Shown piece by piece: positions 59,945-64,000 of a stretch of 64,000 nucleotides of DNA (the stretch's first letter is position 1; each line of letters opens with the position of its first letter). The stretch is from an uncultured Pseudomonadota bacterium. GTDB taxonomy: Bacteria; Oederibacteriota; Muellerivitia; Muellerivitales; Muellerivitaceae. The stretch is from assembly GCA_963836235.1 (NCBI GenBank), contig CAWIIP010000005.1:96001-160000 (forward strand). Direction: 5' to 3'. A program made the position numbers and the translations under genes. Below the pieces are notes generated by a model. It had not been told where the DNA came from, searched no databases, and saw nothing but the letters and a program-made list of their open reading frames with translations.

Positions 59945-60241
59945 TGGTGGGGCATCCTGGATTTGAACCAGGGACCAAGGCATTCAGGTTTGTGCCGTTT
60001 GCACGGCTCCCTGGACTATCTCTTCACCCATCTGAAGGGTGTGGGATACTTCTTCGCGGTGTTTAAGGGGTCTTTACCCCTCCGCTAGTCTCTGCACCTT
60101 CCCCCGGTGTACCGGGGGCTTGGCTCAGGATTGCCCGTTGCCGGGTTTCCCTGACTTCATCCCATTTCATCCACTGGCTTTCGCCGGTGGCGCACAGCTT
60201 ACGCTATGAGTGCCCTGCTCTGACCGCTGAGCTAATGCCCC
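59945..60241 (-). tRNA. ileX: tRNA-Ile2 (CAU), intron-containing; exons 60241-60206 and 59984-59945
   Basis: Spliced GGGGCATTAGCTCAGCGGTCAGAGCAGGGCACTCAT^AATGCCTTGGTCCCTGGTTCAAATCCAGGATGCCCCACCA folds as a cloverleaf with encoded CCA; resembles E. coli ileX and lies downstream of rpoD; elongator Met not fully excluded. Confidence 0.88.
59985..60205 (-). ncRNA. Group I self-splicing intron (Azoarcus-like, 221 nt, no ORF)
   Basis: P1 CAU^AGC-GUAA-GCUGUG with U.G at the splice site; AAUCCUGAGC, GCAGAGACUA, AAGAGAUAGUCC core; P2, P5 and P9 GNRA loops; terminal G. Confidence 0.92.
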
Positions 60242-60299
60242 GCTTAATTTTCAATAGATTATGCGATTGTTTGATCTTTCGGAAGAAAAAACGACCGGC

Positions 60300-60641
60300 T
60301 TAGACTGCCTTGGTCAAATCCACCCGCTTGATTAAATCAACCACTTCAACCTTGAGAACCTTCGAAACCTTCTCGATTACGTCAAGGGTGGGGCTGAACT
60401 TAGCCGTTATGTCTTCCAAGTATTGTACGGCCCTGCATGAAACACCGGACTTTGCCGCAAGCTGAGCTTGGGAAAACCCAAGCTGAGTACGATGATCCAT
60501 AGTATTCCAAGCAACACAGGCCCTAAGGCTTGGATGTTTCAAGGAGGAATAAATTTCCGGTCTTTTTTTCTTCAAGAGGCGGATATGCTCTTGGGTGGTA
60601 ATGAACCCCTCTAATTTTATTTTCTTGGTGGTCGCTTTCAT
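60300..60641 (-). CDS. XRE-family HTH protein (HigA-like)
   Basis: R..LGFSQAQLAAKSGVS...VQYLE...PTLDVIEKV...L.V. Confidence 0.85.
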   Translation of the reverse strand: MKATTKKIKLEGFITTQEHIRLLKKKRPEIYSSLKHPSLRACVAWNTMDHRTQLGFSQAQLAAKSGVSCRAVQYLEDITAKFSPTLDVIEKVSKVLKVEVVDLIKRVDLTKAV

Positions 60642-60687
60642 TTTTTCACCCTTCCCAACCGCATCATTTCCATGTCATGCGAATAGC

Positions 60688-61005
60688 TTAAATCTTTTCC
60701 AACTTCTTAATAACCTCGTTTAGAGGTATTGACTTAACTTTTCCCGACCGCATATCCGCGGCCCGCTTTTTAATCTCAGCCGCTTCATTGGCCGGGGGTT
60801 TGGAAAACGCCCAGCCGTTGTATTCATATACCGCTTTCTTAATCGAGCTTACAAGTTTATGGTCCCGGGGGCTCTCGTGAATATGGCGGATTTTTTCATC
60901 TATTGCTTCGTTGATGAAGCTGGATAAATCGGCATAGTGTTGCTTCTTGGCAATTTCTCGAAGCGTCCGGGGGTTCACTTTTGGCCTAAAATTGATGGCT
61001 TGCAT
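60688..61005 (-). CDS. Putative RHH-type antitoxin/regulator (pair 2)
   Basis: AAGGAGG RBS; AINFR...LSSFINEAI; D...GK.K.I tail shared with 51357..51686. Confidence 0.6.
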   Translation of the reverse strand: MQAINFRPKVNPRTLREIAKKQHYADLSSFINEAIDEKIRHIHESPRDHKLVSSIKKAVYEYNGWAFSKPPANEAAEIKKRAADMRSGKVKSIPLNEVIKKLEKI

Positions 61006-61038
61006 AGCAGGGCCTCCTTTAACGATATCGCTACCCAT

Positions 61039-61067
61039 ATCGTATTACGTCCGTATTACACCGTCAA
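61039..61067 (-). promoter_or_regulatory. sigma70 promoter with tandem GTAATACG repeats
   Basis: TTGACG-N17-TACGAT; GTAATACG twice at 11-bp spacing overlapping the -10. Confidence 0.65.
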
Positions 61068-61072
61068 GATGG

Positions 61073-61336
61073 TTACCGGACTAGTTTCACATGGGTAATT
61101 TGGACCGTCTTTGTGTTGAAATGGGCTTCTCCTGAAATACGAAGCATTTGGCCGGTTTCGGCTCGGAAGAGGTCTAAACCCTTATGCTTGTAAACGAAGA
61201 ACCACTTTTCTGGCGGGAAGTTTTCCAAGATTTTAAGACGGGCCAAAATATCAGGCCTCAAATCTTGGTTGGTTTCATAGATTTTCGCAAGTTGATCTTC
61301 CGCCTCTGACGAAAGACTTACTTTCCATTTTTCCAT
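61073..61336 (-). CDS. Putative RelE/ParE-like small toxin (pair 2)
   Basis: 87 aa; WKVSLSSEAEDQL..I N-terminus typical of RelE/ParE; FPPEKW. Confidence 0.55.
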   Translation of the reverse strand: MEKWKVSLSSEAEDQLAKIYETNQDLRPDILARLKILENFPPEKWFFVYKHKGLDLFRAETGQMLRISGEAHFNTKTVQITHVKLVR

Positions 61337-61426
61337 ATTCCCCTCCCCGATACGGCCCATGGTAGCCAAACGCTATTTTGCGGGAAACAATAAAAGACAG
61401 TTCCCGCAGGAAAAACCTCCAAACAG

Positions 61427-61729
61427 CTTGTCATATACGTGTCATTCGTTTGATACATTCCAGACCTTTTTCCGTCATTCTGAGCAAGGCACTCAATGAC
61501 AAGTAGGTGCCATGCTCAACCAATAACTAAAAGTGTCCTGCTCTGGCATTTTTGGCTTTTCAAGAGCAAGGCACTCCAATGACAAGGAGAGGTACCGAAC
61601 CGGTCGAGAAAAAATATTTTCGAGCGGTGGGGGAAATTTTCTGCTCTGCTTTTTTAAAAAAATATATTTTTCGTCGAATCAAAAAATCAAAAGTATCCCA
61701 AAAGGGCACTTGTCATAACCGTGTCATTC
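61427..61729. repeat. Cluster of direct repeats with a TGTCAT/ATGACA core
   Basis: CTTGTCATAnnCGTGTCATTC at 61427 and 61709; GAGCAAGGCACTC(C)AATGACAAG at 61482 and 61564. Confidence 0.7.
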
Positions 61730-61908
61730 AAACTCGTTTTTTGCCGGTTTTGACCCTCGCTGACCGGCGCTGTCCGTCACTTCAAAAAAAAGGCCTCGGC
61801 CCGCTTTGGTGTTAAAACCATTGCAGGCAAAGGCCTTTGAAACTTGCTGGGGACAAGAATTTTTTGCTGCTCACGACCCTTGGTTACCGAAGGTAACACG
61901 AAAAAAAT

Positions 61909-62491
61909 TTATGAGTGCCCTGCTCTAACCGCTGAGCTAATGCCCCTTTGTGCTTGAACCGGCTTTGTCTTTCCGAACCAAGTAGTGGTAGATTTTCGCA
62001 GATAACCCATCACTTTGTCGATATTTCGTTGAAGGGTTTCCGGGCTTTTTAAGTGGTTCAAATACCGGTTTAATTCCTTTTGGTGTGAGGGGCTGAGCCT
62101 CTTGAAAACACTTTTGGCCTTCGGGTCTTTTTTTGATTCCCCAGCCAGGGCCGGATTCATCGGGACCACCGGCGGTTTTAAATCCAACTGTAAAACAACC
62201 CCGATCCGGTCTCCCACGTCTTTGCCAACCGCCTTGCGCATGACCCCATGAAGGTAAAGTCGGTGATGGGTTCCGGGAGTCGCTTTGGTACGCTTGAGCC
62301 CCAAGGGCATTAGGTTGGCCCGAAAAGGGAGGGAGTCCAGCCAAACCTTTACGGATATAACGCCCTTTTTCCCGCCTCTCCCTATGCAAATCTTCGGGAT
62401 GCAAGCAAGGCGCGGCCTGTCCCAATGGATGGTCCACATAGGGATTGATGCATTCTTTTTGAATGACCACTCGAAACGAGACTTTCTTCAC
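61909..62491 (-). pseudogene. Frameshifted DUF1905/YdeI-OmpD-associated protein
   Basis: MKKVSF...INPYVD in one frame; FRANLMP..HRLYL..MRKAVGKDVGD and F..LSPSHQKE in another. Confidence 0.65.
61911..61946 (-). repeat. Orphan tRNA-Ile2 5' half (att-like duplication)
   Basis: GGGGCATTAGCTCAGCGGTTAGAGCAGGGCACTCAT ending at the anticodon; no 3' half follows. Confidence 0.9.
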
Positions 62492-62507
62492 CCCGGCTTC
62501 CTAAAAC

Positions 62508-62540
62508 AATAAAGGCGGGCTTTTAAAGCCCGCCTTTATT
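62508..62540. terminator. Intrinsic terminator (potentially bidirectional)
   Basis: Perfect dyad AATAAAGGCGGGCTTT/AAAGCCCGCCTTTATT. Confidence 0.75.
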
Positions 62541-62572
62541 TTAAACAAATCTTTATTGGAGCGACTGGAATT

Positions 62573-63472
62573 TTACCCCTGGTTGTAGACCCCCGCGAAA
62601 ACCGTGGCGAATTCCTCGATGGGGGTCTTCCCCCGGTGCTCCGAGGTCAGGGGTTGGGTCGGGTGAAGCTTTCCCTCGGTCCCGGCCTTGTACATCTCGA
62701 CCATGAGGTCGGTCATTCCCGGCTTGAAGCCGCTTCCCAGCAATCCCTTTTTGATGTCCTCCAGGGAAAACTGCACGTATGGCAGGTCCGGCTTGCCGAT
62801 GGCCTTGCCCAAGGCGGCGGTCACTTCCGTCTGGGTATATTCCTTGGGCCCCGTGAAGTCGAAGGCCTCATGCCCCTTGAAATGAAGCCCGTCCAGCAAC
62901 TCCGCCGCCTTCTCGCCGATATCCCGGGTGGCCACCGTGGGCAGGGGGATGTTTCCCGGGGTCGCGGCGCCGTTGATGCCGTTGCCCTTGATGACCGGGA
63001 TGGAAAAGAAATTGTTTTCCATGAAAGAGCTGGGGCGCAGGTGGACGACGTTCACCCCGGAAAGCTTGTTCAAGCGCTGTTCCTGGCGGTAGAGCCCGGC
63101 GATGGGGCCGGTGCCGCTGGGCTGTTCCGCACCGATGGAGCTGAGGTCCACGACGTATTTCACACCGGACTGGGTGATGGCCTGGACGATGGCTTCCCCG
63201 GCCTTGTACTGGAAGGCGGAAAAATCATCCGCGGCGTAGTTGGGCGGGATCATGACGAAGACCCCGTCCGCGCCCTTAAAGGCCTCGGCAAGGGCCCCGG
63301 CGTCGTCAAAGTTGGGCGAGAGGGTTTCGGCCCCCTTGGCTTTCAAGGCCGAAAGCTTTTTCGCGTCCCGGCCAAGGGCCCGCACCGCGTGCCCCTTTTC
63401 AAGAAGTTTTTCCGACAGGACATGGCCGATATGGCCGGTGGCCCCCATGATGGCGTAAGTTTTTTTCGACAT
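62573..63472 (-). CDS. NmrA-family NAD(P)-binding protein
   Basis: GATGHIG, ADGVFVMIPP, LSSIGA, LRPSSFMEN, VATRDIG; AGGAGG RBS. Confidence 0.9.
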   Translation of the reverse strand: MSKKTYAIMGATGHIGHVLSEKLLEKGHAVRALGRDAKKLSALKAKGAETLSPNFDDAGALAEAFKGADGVFVMIPPNYAADDFSAFQYKAGEAIVQAITQSGVKYVVDLSSIGAEQPSGTGPIAGLYRQEQRLNKLSGVNVVHLRPSSFMENNFFSIPVIKGNGINGAATPGNIPLPTVATRDIGEKAAELLDGLHFKGHEAFDFTGPKEYTQTEVTAALGKAIGKPDLPYVQFSLEDIKKGLLGSGFKPGMTDLMVEMYKAGTEGKLHPTQPLTSEHRGKTPIEEFATVFAGVYNQG

Positions 63473-63625
63473 TGGTTCCTCCTGGATTTTGATTGAATCA
63501 ATGTGGGGGAAAGAGAAGGCCATTGCAAGCCGTGGAGGAAATAAGTCTGTTACCCTTCAGTAACCAGGGGGACGAAGGCACAAAAAAAGACGGTTCTGGA
63601 GCCCTCCAACATTATTACATTTCGG

Positions 63626-64000
63626 TTAATCCAGGTAGCCCTTGAGTTTACGGCTACGGGAGGGGTGCCGAAGCTTCCGAAGGGCCTTGGCCTCGATCTG
63701 CCTCACCCTTTCACGGGTGACCTTGAAGGTATTGCCGACCTCTTCCAAGGTATGCGGATATCCGTCGGTCAGCCCGAAGCGTAAACGTAGGACTTCCGCT
63801 TCCCTTTCCTTGAGGGAATGAAGAACCTTCGATATCTGTTCTTGGAGTAGCACGAAGGCGGCCGCGTTGGCCGGCGAGATGACATCCTTATCTTCGATGA
63901 AGTCTCCCAAATGGCTGTCTTTTTCCTCGCCGATAGGCGTTTCCAACGAAATGGGTTCCTGGGCGATCTTGAGAATAGCGCGGACCTTCTCGACCGGCAT
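63626..64000 (-). CDS. rpoD: Primary sigma factor, 3' part (regions 3.2-4)
   Basis: [53 protein letters not shown]. Confidence 0.96.
   Translation of the reverse strand: MPVEKVRAILKIAQEPISLETPIGEEKDSHLGDFIEDKDVISPANAAAFVLLQEQISKVLHSLKEREAEVLRLRFGLTDGYPHTLEEVGNTFKVTRERVRQIEAKALRKLRHPSRSRKLKGYLD

Larger units (their letters stand above)
60242..61946. mobile_element. 1.7-kb integrase-less mini-island bounded by a duplicated tRNA 5' half
   Basis: 61911..61946 matches 60206..60241 at 35/36 nt; cargo is XRE, RHH and toxin-like genes. Confidence 0.7.

Noticed and set aside
61780-61910. Second or split group I intron after the orphan tRNA half
   Set aside because: No recognisable P4/P6/P7 core follows; the real intron is complete in cis
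62636-63496. 286-aa + strand ORF
   Set aside because: Antisense shadow of the NmrA gene

Overview
64 kb from a diderm bacterium (lptCAB, kdsCD, LpxL-family acyltransferase) that also carries HprK, YvcK and a mannose-family PTS; the taxon cannot be assigned from sequence alone. Most genes are on the - strand. 1-16 kb: surface-glycosylation region with three GT-C-type membrane glycosyltransferases, a GtrA-methyltransferase fusion, a membrane/spermidine-synthase fusion, two inverted NHL paralogues and a frameshifted GH125. 16-39 kb: kdsD-kdsC-lpxL-lptCAB-(pgsA-ino1-S1/P1 nuclease-amidohydrolase)-rpoN-hpf-ptsN-hprK-yvcK-PTS block, with a GH57 between EIIB and EIIC and an unannotated 51-aa [D/E]RR-repeat peptide after ptsI. 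39-60 kb: accessory region with a sulfite/nitrite reductase, GH35/42, an arsI-aquaporin-arsC operon apparently run by a MerR-family regulator with two vicinal Cys pairs (no ArsR), a TA-like pair and a xylose operon. 60-64 kb: tRNA-Ile2(CAU) split by an Azoarcus-like group I intron, whose 5' exon is duplicated 1.7 kb upstream around a mini-island holding a paralogue of the TA-like pair; then NmrA and the 3' end of rpoD. Best novelty candidates: the MerR-type arsenic sensor, the FPPExW toxin/RHH pair family and the 5'-half-duplicating island at an intron-containing tRNA. All family calls are by motif recognition; no searches were run.
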